Below, in pieces: positions 39,167-47,682 of a stretch of DNA of 64,000 bases; the stretch's first letter is position 1, and each line of letters starts with the position of its first letter. Both the position numbers and the translations under genes were made by a program. The notes beneath the pieces are model-generated. The model searched no databases. It was not told the DNA's origin and saw only the letters and a program-made list of their open reading frames with translations. Origin of the DNA: Pseudomonadota bacterium (GTDB lineage Bacteria > Pseudomonadota > Gammaproteobacteria > Pseudomonadales > UBA7434); NCBI GenBank assembly GCA_036344075.1, contig JAYYUJ010000047.1:13821-77820 (forward strand). The letters run 5' to 3'.

Positions 39167-40099
39167 ATGGCAAATAGTAATTCTAAATTTACTCGTCGAT
39201 CAACTGCTGAACAAGTAACAGAGGGAATTGATCTTAATGGTAAGACGGTACTGATTACTGGGGTTAATTCTGGTTTAGGATTTGAGTCAATGCGTGTGCT
39301 CTCCATGAGGGGTGCTCATATTATTGCCGCAGCTCGAAGTTTAGCTAAGGCAGAGCAAGCCTGCGTTGAAGTCAAAGCCCTAGTAAAAGGGGCAAATATG
39401 ACACCTGTCGCTTGTGAGTTAAGTGAACCAGAGTCAGTACTGTCGTGTGTTAGGTCCGTTCAAGAAAAATTCACAATGATTGATGTTTTAATGGCGAACG
39501 CTGGCATTATGTCGCCAGCGACATTGCAAACTGCCTATGGCTATGCGCAATCTCTAGAAATGCAATTTGCCGCTAATCATTTGGGTCATTTTTTATTAAT
39601 CAACCATTTATTGCCGCAATTGAAAAATGCTCAGCAGGGTAGGATTGTTTTACTTTCGAGCATGGGTCATGTACAGACACCAAAAGCCGGTATTGATTTC
39701 ACCAATCTTGATGGCAGTCAAGGCTATAACCCTTGGCAAAGCTATGGCCAGTCAAAATTAGCTAACATACTTTGTGCGAAGTCTTTGGGTCAGCAATTAT
39801 CAGGCACTAAAATTACCGCTAATGCGGTCCATCCTGGCGTGATTAAAACCAATCTTAGTCGTTACAGTGCTGGGCCATTATTTAATGTGATCCAGTTCTT
39901 CGCTAATTTCTTCCAACGCAGTGTTGCGCAGGGTGCTGCGACCCAATGCTACGTGGCAACGCATCCATCACTGTCTGAGACAAGTGGCGCCTATTTCGCT
40001 GACAGTGATATCGCAGTACCCTCAAAGCAAGCGCAAGATTTAGCGCTAGCGCAGCAACTTTGGAATGAGTCATTACGTTTAGTCGAAGGCTATTTATAA
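39167..40099 (+). CDS. SDR-family oxidoreductase
   Basis: VLITGVNSGLGFE (TGxxxGxG) and YGQSKLANIL (YxxxK). Confidence 0.85.
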   Translation: MANSNSKFTRRSTAEQVTEGIDLNGKTVLITGVNSGLGFESMRVLSMRGAHIIAAARSLAKAEQACVEVKALVKGANMTPVACELSEPESVLSCVRSVQEKFTMIDVLMANAGIMSPATLQTAYGYAQSLEMQFAANHLGHFLLINHLLPQLKNAQQGRIVLLSSMGHVQTPKAGIDFTNLDGSQGYNPWQSYGQSKLANILCAKSLGQQLSGTKITANAVHPGVIKTNLSRYSAGPLFNVIQFFANFFQRSVAQGAATQCYVATHPSLSETSGAYFADSDIAVPSKQAQDLALAQQLWNESLRLVEGYL

Positions 40100-40179
40100 A
40101 TAAACGACTTGATTGTTTTTGCGAATTTTACTGCGATGGCTGAGAGAGTAGAATGTGAGCTTTGGGTTTGTCATGACTA

Positions 40180-41190
40180 TTAGTTTAGCTGATCTGACTG
40201 CTGGCGCTGAAGATAGATTAAGAATATTGCAAGTAAAGCAAGGCTTGTTATTCCAAGCGAAGGAATGACTAAGTTGGCGTCTTCATTAAGAATAACATGC
40301 TGATAAAGAAAGCCAAGCATGCGTAAAAAGACGGTTTCGCCACTACTATCAATCACTGTATTGAGGCCATAACCATGGCTTGCATTATTTATAATATACA
40401 TCTGATGAGGTAATTGAATAGATGCGGCACGGTCACTTAGTTCATAAGCTTTGGTTACCGGCACAGTGGCATCATTACTGCCGTGGGTAATAAACAGAGC
40501 AGGGTCGTCATTTTGAATGTAAGATGTTTCAACCTGTAAAGAGCCCCACATGTCGATCACTGCACTAATATCGCCTTTGTTGAGTAGCTGTAAGTCATCC
40601 AAAAAATAACCGACTAAGAGTGAGGTTGCTGCACCGGCTGAACTTCCACCGATCGCTATTTTTGTAGGGTCGATGCCAAGGTCTTCGGCATTTGCTATTA
40701 ACCATTGGTAGGCCGCTAAGCTGTCTTCGGTGGCTGCGGCAATGGCTGTTGCTTTGGTAAATTCTTGTTCTGTCATGATGGGTAGCGATGACCACCACTG
40801 GGTGTCAGTAATCATTGGGTCCAATATAGGTTGGTCACCCATGAGACGATAATCAATCGACACGCACACCCAGCCGCGTTTTGCCATATCCTTACAAAGT
40901 TGAATCAAACGACTATTAAATCGATTTCCCCCAGTAAAGCCACCACCGTGAATTAATACTAACGCGGGTTTCTGTATGGGTAAGTTGTTGCCTGTGGGTG
41001 AAAAAAGTTCAAGTTGTAAATCGATTGTCGCTGCAGCTGATGCAGTAGGTTTAGTGGCAAAGACAATTCCGGAGTTTTGCTGATAGTTGAATTGCTCATC
41101 CAGATAAAGCGTTTGTGCAAGGCAGGGAATGTTTGTAAATAAAATAAATAGTATCGCGAACAGTTGCTTACCTGTCATTGCCTTTAACAT
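40180..41190 (-). CDS. Secreted alpha/beta-hydrolase (carboxylesterase type) with C-terminal TM tail
   Basis: Signal peptide, LIHGGGFTGG (HGGG) and GGSSAGA (GxSxG). The tail is VIPSLGITSLALLAIFLIYLQRQQ. Confidence 0.75.
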   Translation of the reverse strand: MLKAMTGKQLFAILFILFTNIPCLAQTLYLDEQFNYQQNSGIVFATKPTASAAATIDLQLELFSPTGNNLPIQKPALVLIHGGGFTGGNRFNSRLIQLCKDMAKRGWVCVSIDYRLMGDQPILDPMITDTQWWSSLPIMTEQEFTKATAIAAATEDSLAAYQWLIANAEDLGIDPTKIAIGGSSAGAATSLLVGYFLDDLQLLNKGDISAVIDMWGSLQVETSYIQNDDPALFITHGSNDATVPVTKAYELSDRAASIQLPHQMYIINNASHGYGLNTVIDSSGETVFLRMLGFLYQHVILNEDANLVIPSLGITSLALLAIFLIYLQRQQSDQLN

Positions 41191-41630
41191 ATGGGGCCTT
41201 TATCGTGAGATTCGAGATCCCAATGAGCGATTTTGTTTTATGCATGTTAACATGAGTGTTGATCTAAATTAATATAAAGCCTATCAAGCGACGACTAATC
41301 GTTTTTTTCCCTTGGCCTAAAAAAAGTTAAGCGGCGATTAAGTTAGCCATTTTATAAATAACATATTGATTTCAAAAGTTTTGTTTAGATTTTTAGCAAA
41401 TAGATCACGTCTGTGAAAAAAATTCACCGATAACTATAAATTTAATCTATTGCCGAGAGATAATTTTGTATTTATGATTGTATCTGGTTCTTTTTTGAAC
41501 TGGTCATGTTGTTTAAATCGAAAAAAGTTAATTGATTGTACGACACTTTTTTAATTTTTTGCTAGTTACTGCGACGTTATAACTTACTTATAACAATAAC
41601 TATTTATCGGTCAAGGATGGTTTTATTTTC

Positions 41631-42665
41631 ATGAGTCTGAAGTTTATACCAAGCATATTTATCTTTTCACTCTTAAGTGCGATTAATTTAAATACCCATG
41701 CTTTTGAATGGAAATTAAATGACCTTTGGGTGTGCGGTGATGCGCCATTTACTACTTGTGATGATTTTCCTACGCTCACATCCTTTATCGATGACTTTGA
41801 AGACGGCGATCGAACCGTAGAACCGACGTCAACATTGGTGGATTTTTCAGGTAGCAATGTTGTTGAAACGGGTGGTTACTTAGTTTTTGATGGCAGCGAT
41901 GGTGGCATTGAAATTGACCTAGGTGATGGCTCAACACCTTATATCCGTGATGAAGTGTTTGTTGACATTAGGGTCCCTGATAACACCGGCGATGGTTTCA
42001 CTGCTTTCTCTGCTCAGTTTGATTCTGATCTTACACAATTAGCGGTAGGTGGTATCAATGATACCAGTAGTGGTTTTGGCATTACCTTTGCTGGCATTTT
42101 AGACACAAGCGCTCAAAATGGTTTGGGTGCCCAAGGTGCACAGCTAGGCGTATTTAATAGCATCTATGGCTGCCCAACTGTTTTCTTTAACGACCTTAAC
42201 CCTTATTACATTAATCTTGGTTACTCAAATTATGGTTATGACGTCATTGGTGGTGGAACTGATTGTACTGATAAGGTAATTACAGGCGAGATTATTTTAC
42301 GTCTGACCCTATGGCAGGATACGTTGCCTAACCCTGTTCTTTCTGCCAATAATTATTTAATACCCTCTTATAGCATCGATGGCGGTGCAACATTTATTGA
42401 ATATGCAAATTGGGATTCAGCTGCGTCTGTGGCCGAAGGGGGGTATGGTTCTTCCTATCTTATCCCTATTAGCTACGGCGTTGATGGAAATAGCGACGGT
42501 GTTTTAAGTGCTGACGAACTCTCGGCAGTTGCAACTGCGTTTGGGCAAACAGCTATTACACAGTTAGCCAGTCCAGAAGAATTTATCCCTTATCCCATTT
42601 GGATGCTGGGTTTGCTCGGAGGAATCCTATTAATGATCGTTAAAGTTGTAAAAGATAAATTATAA
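41631..42665 (+). CDS. Secreted protein of unknown function, paralog 1 of 3, C-terminal IPYP-TM-basic tail
   Basis: Signal peptide ...NLNTHA. It shares SGFGIT, GAQLGVFNS, FFNDL, IPSYSIDGGATF and AFGQTA with the next two ORFs. Confidence 0.6.
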   Translation: MSLKFIPSIFIFSLLSAINLNTHAFEWKLNDLWVCGDAPFTTCDDFPTLTSFIDDFEDGDRTVEPTSTLVDFSGSNVVETGGYLVFDGSDGGIEIDLGDGSTPYIRDEVFVDIRVPDNTGDGFTAFSAQFDSDLTQLAVGGINDTSSGFGITFAGILDTSAQNGLGAQGAQLGVFNSIYGCPTVFFNDLNPYYINLGYSNYGYDVIGGGTDCTDKVITGEIILRLTLWQDTLPNPVLSANNYLIPSYSIDGGATFIEYANWDSAASVAEGGYGSSYLIPISYGVDGNSDGVLSADELSAVATAFGQTAITQLASPEEFIPYPIWMLGLLGGILLMIVKVVKDKL

Positions 42666-42703
42666 GAACTTGTTTTATAAGATAAAAAAAAAACTGGTTA
42701 AAC

Positions 42704-42733
42704 TTGCACCAACTAAATTGGTCATGATATAAT
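42704..42733 (+). promoter_or_regulatory. Candidate sigma70 promoter for paralog 2
   Basis: TTGCAC, an 18-nt spacer, then TATAAT. It lies 29 nt upstream of ATG 42762, with an A10 tract just upstream. Confidence 0.4.
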
Positions 42734-42761
42734 CAAAATAACATCCTGGAGGATTATAAGA

Positions 42762-43499
42762 ATGAAAACTATTAAACTTAGCTTGTTAGCTTTGTTGTCT
42801 GTTGTGGGTTTCAACAGCTCGGCATTAGCTAATTTCTATCTCAGCGGCGGTGGCCTTTACATTGATTCCGCTGCTGCAACTATTAGTGATGTACCAGGCT
42901 CGAATACGTCTTATATCGAAAATGGTATCGGTATAAGTAATGTCCCTTACAATTTTGCTTGGTTTGCTCCTGATGGCGGTGATCTTAACTGGGATTTTAT
43001 CAATCGCGAAGCAGTCACTGGTGGTGCTTCAGGCACAAGCAATGTAGCTTACTTTCCCGCATCGAATTTGACAGCATTAACAACTAATCCATCAGATATA
43101 AACAGTGGCTTTGGTATCACTATTGAAAATCCTTACGGTGAAGGCGCTCAACTTGGCATTTTTAATAGTGAGGTCACAGGCACGCCTTACCTTTTCTTCA
43201 ACGATTTGACTTACGGCTATGCATTAAACGCTTACACTGCCGTACCTGATGCTTCGTTTGACTTTATTGGGTTGAGTATTTATAACGATGGTACTTATCT
43301 TTATCCAAGCTACACCATCGATTATGGTCAAACATTTGTCTTAGCCTCTTCATGGGAATTTAACTCTTTTGCCGGTACAACACCTACAGGCGCTGAGACG
43401 ATTGTCTTTGGACAGACTGCAGTGCCTGTTCCTGCAGCTGCTTGGTTATTTGCCTCGGCTTTAGCTGGATTAGGCTTGACTCGCCGTAATCGTAAGTAA
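42762..43499 (+). CDS. Secreted protein of unknown function, paralog 2 of 3, PEP-CTERM-like (VPVP) tail
   Basis: RBS CTGGAGGA, signal peptide ...NSSALA, and the family motifs. The tail is FGQTAVPVPAAAWLFASALAGLGLTRRNRK. Confidence 0.7.
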   Translation: MKTIKLSLLALLSVVGFNSSALANFYLSGGGLYIDSAAATISDVPGSNTSYIENGIGISNVPYNFAWFAPDGGDLNWDFINREAVTGGASGTSNVAYFPASNLTALTTNPSDINSGFGITIENPYGEGAQLGIFNSEVTGTPYLFFNDLTYGYALNAYTAVPDASFDFIGLSIYNDGTYLYPSYTIDYGQTFVLASSWEFNSFAGTTPTGAETIVFGQTAVPVPAAAWLFASALAGLGLTRRNRK

Positions 43500-43560
43500 C
43501 ATCTCTCGTGCTTTTTTAATTTTACCCAGTGTTGTTTCTTTGACCACTGGGTTTTATTTA
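43407..43560 (+). repeat. Copy A of the duplicated 3' coding end plus terminator
   Basis: Roughly 80 percent identical by eye to 44290-44450, including tggttatttgcctc.gctttagctggattagg and the ACCCAGTG/CACTGGGT hairpin. Confidence 0.7.
43524..43560 (+). terminator. Rho-independent terminator
   Basis: ACCCAGTG-N13-CACTGGGT followed by TTTTATTTAT. Confidence 0.7.
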
Positions 43561-43632
43561 TCTGGCACAAGCCTTATGAGCAATTATGATTTAACTATAT
43601 TAATAACTATAGAATCCTGGAGGATTGTAATA

Positions 43633-44382
43633 ATGAAGGCCCTTAAACTTAGCTTTCTAGCTATGTTGATGACTTTTGGTTTTAATAGTTCAGCGCTAGC
43701 TGTCTTCTCTCTCGATAATGTCTACATTGATGGCTTAATTATACCTGTTGAAGGTGTTGCTGGTCAGAGTACGAGTTACATCCAAAATGTTCGAAACTCT
43801 TATAGCTATGCATACTTTGACCCAGATGCGAACGATCTTAACTTTGGTACGTTTAATCGCGAGCAAGTCAGTGCAGGCGATGCTGGCACCTATAATACTT
43901 TTTTATTTAGCACTGCTAACTTAAGCCAGTTATCTTCATTGGGCGATACTGAAAGTGGTTTTGGTATGACCGTTACTAATTCAGATGGTCAAGGCTCTAC
44001 TCTTGGTGTTTTTAATAGCCCATATAGTGGAGCTCCTTACTTTTATTGGTTAGATAACACTTATCTTACTGTAGATGGTTCACCCCTTATCAACGGTTTT
44101 CACCCGGTTGATTTAAGCCCTTCCTCAGATGGTTTCTTGCGTTTAAGTATTTACAATAATGGTGGCTTCTTACATCCAAGCTATAGTTATGATGGTGTTA
44201 CCTACACATCTTTACATGATTGGGAGTCAACGTTTATTCTTGGTGGCGTTTTCTACGGTATATCTCCAATTGATGGTGAAGCTACTGCATTTGGACAAAC
44301 AGCTGTACCAGTTCCTGGCGCGGCATGGTTATTTGCCTCAGCTTTAGCTGGATTAGGTCTAACTCGAAGTAGTCGTAAGTAA
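43633..44382 (+). CDS. Secreted protein of unknown function, paralog 3 of 3, PEP-CTERM-like (VPVP) tail
   Basis: ATG 43633 after CTGGAGGA, with signal peptide MKALKLSFLAMLMTFGFNSSALA. The track start 43540 would read through the upstream terminator. The tail is FGQTAVPVPGAAWLFASALAGLGLTRSSRK. Confidence 0.7.
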   Translation: MKALKLSFLAMLMTFGFNSSALAVFSLDNVYIDGLIIPVEGVAGQSTSYIQNVRNSYSYAYFDPDANDLNFGTFNREQVSAGDAGTYNTFLFSTANLSQLSSLGDTESGFGMTVTNSDGQGSTLGVFNSPYSGAPYFYWLDNTYLTVDGSPLINGFHPVDLSPSSDGFLRLSIYNNGGFLHPSYSYDGVTYTSLHDWESTFILGGVFYGISPIDGEATAFGQTAVPVPGAAWLFASALAGLGLTRSSRK

Positions 44383-44450
44383 CTACCCTCCGTTAGTTTT
44401 TAAATTTAACCCAGTGTTGCTTTTCCGCGGCACTGGGTTTTGTATATTTT
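44290..44450 (+). repeat. Copy B of the duplicated 3' coding end plus terminator
   Basis: See copy A. Confidence 0.7.
44409..44450 (+). terminator. Rho-independent terminator
   Basis: ACCCAGTG-N14-CACTGGGT followed by TTTTGTATATTTT. Confidence 0.7.
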
Positions 44451-44546
44451 GCATAACTGTTTCTTATTCTTGACTTTTGTCTGCTGGTAAACATGGCTTG
44501 TGCCAGTTAAAATGCGATCTTTATTTAACGATACTCGAGGTGTTTG

Positions 44547-45392
44547 ATGAGTCAAATAGCCATTGCAGGTCTTCAGTTAGAACTGACACAAGGCGATAAT
44601 CTGGCAACAATCGAGAAAGAAATTATATCGACAATGGCTCGTTTTCCTTGGCTTAAGATGCTTGTGATTGGTGAACTTGCCCCATTTGGCTCGGGTAAGG
44701 ATTTTGCCCAACCATTACCTGGGCCTGCTGAACAGTTCCTGTGTGGGCTGGCAAAAAAATATCAGGTTTGGTTGGTACCTGGTTCGCTCTATGAAAAACA
44801 GGCAGATAAATTGTTCAATACCACGTCTGTGATTAATCCCGACGGTGAGGTGATTGCCCGTTACCGTAAAATGTTTCCTTGGACGCCCTATGAATCGGGC
44901 GTTGAAGCGGGTAGTGAGTTTGTCGTTTTTGATGTGCCTGATGTTGGTCGATTTGGTGTCTCGATTTGCTACGACATGTGGTTTCCTGAAACGACCCGCA
45001 CACTGGCCTGTATGGGTGCTGAAATCATTATTCATCCGACGATGACCAACACGATTGACCGTGACGCGGAATTGGCAATCATGCGCGCCAGCGCGGTGAC
45101 GAATCAATGCTTCGTGGTTGATGTGAATGTAGCGGGTCAAATTGGTAACGGCCGGTCAATCGTAGCTGGCCCTGGCGGCGAGGTTTTATATCAGGCCGGA
45201 GCGGGACGAGATGTTTTTCCGTTAGAACTGGATTTAGTGGCAGTGCGTAATGCGAGAGAACGCGGCTGGCATGGCCTAGGCCAACCGCTGAAAAGCTTTC
45301 GCGACAGTCAACAAAGCTTTCCGCCCTATCAAGATTCTAATGAGAAGAACGCATACCTCGACAGTCTGGGACCTCTTGAAATACCGAAATAG
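44547..45392 (+). CDS. Carbon-nitrogen hydrolase (nitrilase superfamily)
   Basis: E-K-C context: VIGELAPFG, RYRKMFPW and GVSICYDMWFPE. ATG 44547 after GAGG. Confidence 0.8.
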   Translation: MSQIAIAGLQLELTQGDNLATIEKEIISTMARFPWLKMLVIGELAPFGSGKDFAQPLPGPAEQFLCGLAKKYQVWLVPGSLYEKQADKLFNTTSVINPDGEVIARYRKMFPWTPYESGVEAGSEFVVFDVPDVGRFGVSICYDMWFPETTRTLACMGAEIIIHPTMTNTIDRDAELAIMRASAVTNQCFVVDVNVAGQIGNGRSIVAGPGGEVLYQAGAGRDVFPLELDLVAVRNARERGWHGLGQPLKSFRDSQQSFPPYQDSNEKNAYLDSLGPLEIPK

Positions 45393-45431
45393 ACGCATCA
45401 TTTGGGTGGCGCTAATCCGGGTGTAATGTCG

Positions 45432-47624
45432 TTAAAGTTCGCACAAGTTGCGGATGCGATGACTGGCTCTAATGCCGGTACGCCAGCGGTGGGTGTAGTT
45501 ATCGGAGAAGTAATAATAAATCGTATTATTTGGAAAAAGAGCGATGGTAATGCCGCCAAAACCCGACATAAAGGGTACCCAAACCGGTTTTGGGCAGTCC
45601 AGTATTGAGGCGACATCTAAGGCCCAAAATCCATTGTTATAGCGAAAATTCTTACCGCCAGCTGCTAAGCCGCGGTCGCTATCATCGCGTTGCAGACTGG
45701 CATTAAGCAAACGAGCATCCAGTACTTGTTTGTCGTCTAAATGTCCCTCGCCGTTATCTAACCAATCGGCTAAGCGAACAATGTCATCGGCTTCGAAAGT
45801 CAGTCCGTATCCGGCAAACGGTTGCGCTCGTTGATCATAGGTTCGTTTGCTATGGTCGAGTAATGGGCTTAGAGACAGTTTTTGCCAAATGGGATTTACC
45901 AGCAACGCGCTATAAGCATCATCAATTTCAGGCTGTTGTTTAGCGAGAATATTACTAAGGGCCGTGCCGACCAAATACGTATCGGAGGTGTGATAAACAA
46001 ACTTTTTTTGTGGCGACGATTTGCGTGGATAGTGCGTGCAAGCAAAATCAATTTTACTGGCATGTTTATCATCGAAAATAAACGACATTTGTGCATCACT
46101 GTCTTCATCGATAGAAAAAACGGTGCTTGTATAGTGGCCGGTCGCCATGTCTAGAGCGTCTTCAATGCTAACCTTGCGCCAAGATTTTTTTTCACAACTG
46201 GGAATGGTTTCCGCAATACTGCGTTGTGAAATACCTGGCATCTGCTTTTCAAGCTGCATCAGCGCGATGCCGGCGTAAATCGATTTTGCCGTAGAGTATG
46301 AGGGCAGCGCCATTGCGTCACAGAACGGGTAGGCACCGTGTCTTGTATTGCAATCACTGCGGTAATGTATACCATCGACGACCAAGCCATAAACGCTTAG
46401 ATCTGATGGACTAACGCCATCGCCAATGGCTAAGTTGTCAATATCGATACCAGTATAGTTATTGCTTAAATTAGCTAAGGGCTCTACGGGCAGTCGTGAT
46501 TTATGATGGGCTTCGAAACGTGCTACGGCTTCTGAAATATCAGCGTCTGTCGCTGTAGTTTTATTGGGTTTGACGGCGACAGTGCCCCACATATCAAATT
46601 TAAAATACGCGCAAGTTTCGCTACTGATTTGATAGGCGAGCCGCGAGATCGCGCCTTCGTGATTGAATAACCATGTGAAAACGCCATTATGTGTGCAGTT
46701 AGCTGCGCGTTCTTGTAAGGCGAATGGCACTGCGGCGCGTGACCAACCTTGGTCATTGGTTTCTTGCCAAACTTTACCGGGTTGTACCAGCAACTCCCAG
46801 TAAGGGTGTTCGCTTTGCATTACCCCGCGGTTGAGCGGAATAAGATCGCGGCCTTGCTGGGTAAATCCCAGGCTGAAAGCCGGCAGACGTCTAATCGCTT
46901 GACCGTATTGTTTAACGCGATTCAATGAATCGCGTAGCACATAGAAACCATCGGCGATGGCAATCGTATCCAAGGTAAGGTGAGCATTAAACCGGTCGCT
47001 GGGTGCAGTTGCTGAGGGCGGTGGTGTAAACTCCAGTAACGAGATGGGTTGGCTAAGTGGTTTACCACTATTAAGAAAATCGGCCGTGAGGGTTCGCTGT
47101 GCTAAGGTTTTTACTTGGCTATCATGAATTGGCGACCAAGCGATAAACACATTATCGAGCCAACAGGTATCATTTTTTGCATTACCGACGACGCGCGCCC
47201 GAACGAAGGCGCTGGTGACAGTGGTGTCAATATCGTGTGTCACGGCATTGGTATGCAGGGTAACACTGTCATCTTGGCCATCCCTGACACGCAGTACTTC
47301 AAACCAGCGTTTACCGCCATCGAGTGTCGCCTCCATTAAGCATGCGTCGTTGGCTTCGAGGTCATTGGCTGCAAATGAGGCCCCAATACTGATGCGTCCA
47401 GCGCCAGGCACCGCCACGCCTGTTGCGGCTAAGGCTTTTTTAGTCATGCGCAATGAAACATTATCGCCATAGGTGGTAAGGCTAATATCGCCGTCGCCAC
47501 TGGCTTGCCAGCCCTCGGCATTACCGTCTTGAAAATCATCAGAGAACAACGATTCTGTGGCTGCTGCGGTGAACGCTGTGGCAGCCAAAGTTAAAATTAA
47601 AATGGTTGAGGTAAGGCCTCTCAT
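45432..47624 (-). CDS. Secreted multidomain serine hydrolase (beta-lactamase/PBP-like C-terminal domain)
   Basis: Signal peptide MRGLTSTILILTLAATAFTAAA. The N-terminal module begins FSDDFQDGNAEGWQ. The conserved middle module contains SETCAYFKFDMWG. The C-terminal domain has SxxK (PSYSTAKS), ALDMATGH, YHTSDTY and SGFGGITIALFP. Paralog of 50208-52820. Confidence 0.65.
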   Translation of the reverse strand: MRGLTSTILILTLAATAFTAAATESLFSDDFQDGNAEGWQASGDGDISLTTYGDNVSLRMTKKALAATGVAVPGAGRISIGASFAANDLEANDACLMEATLDGGKRWFEVLRVRDGQDDSVTLHTNAVTHDIDTTVTSAFVRARVVGNAKNDTCWLDNVFIAWSPIHDSQVKTLAQRTLTADFLNSGKPLSQPISLLEFTPPPSATAPSDRFNAHLTLDTIAIADGFYVLRDSLNRVKQYGQAIRRLPAFSLGFTQQGRDLIPLNRGVMQSEHPYWELLVQPGKVWQETNDQGWSRAAVPFALQERAANCTHNGVFTWLFNHEGAISRLAYQISSETCAYFKFDMWGTVAVKPNKTTATDADISEAVARFEAHHKSRLPVEPLANLSNNYTGIDIDNLAIGDGVSPSDLSVYGLVVDGIHYRSDCNTRHGAYPFCDAMALPSYSTAKSIYAGIALMQLEKQMPGISQRSIAETIPSCEKKSWRKVSIEDALDMATGHYTSTVFSIDEDSDAQMSFIFDDKHASKIDFACTHYPRKSSPQKKFVYHTSDTYLVGTALSNILAKQQPEIDDAYSALLVNPIWQKLSLSPLLDHSKRTYDQRAQPFAGYGLTFEADDIVRLADWLDNGEGHLDDKQVLDARLLNASLQRDDSDRGLAAGGKNFRYNNGFWALDVASILDCPKPVWVPFMSGFGGITIALFPNNTIYYYFSDNYTHRWRTGIRASHRIRNLCEL

Positions 47625-47682
47625 AAAGCATACTCTATTCTGTTTGAAAGTGACCTTAGCATACCCCAATAGTGAAATGGCA

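Noticed and set aside
44715-45140. 141-aa ORF antisense to the CN-hydrolase gene, plus similar antisense ORFs at 26448-26813, 52247-52588, 54446-54826, 55729-56016, 37508-37825 and 49797-50108
   Set aside because: Each is nested within a longer ORF that has clear family motifs. The translations are Arg/His/Ser-rich with no recognisable motifs. I treat them as shadow ORFs.
45398-45616. Pair of about 70-aa ORFs on both strands at the 3' end of the 745-aa-ORF hydrolase gene
   Set aside because: They overlap the well-supported hydrolase C-terminus (GFGGITIALFP...HRIRNLCEL). They have no RBS or motif support.
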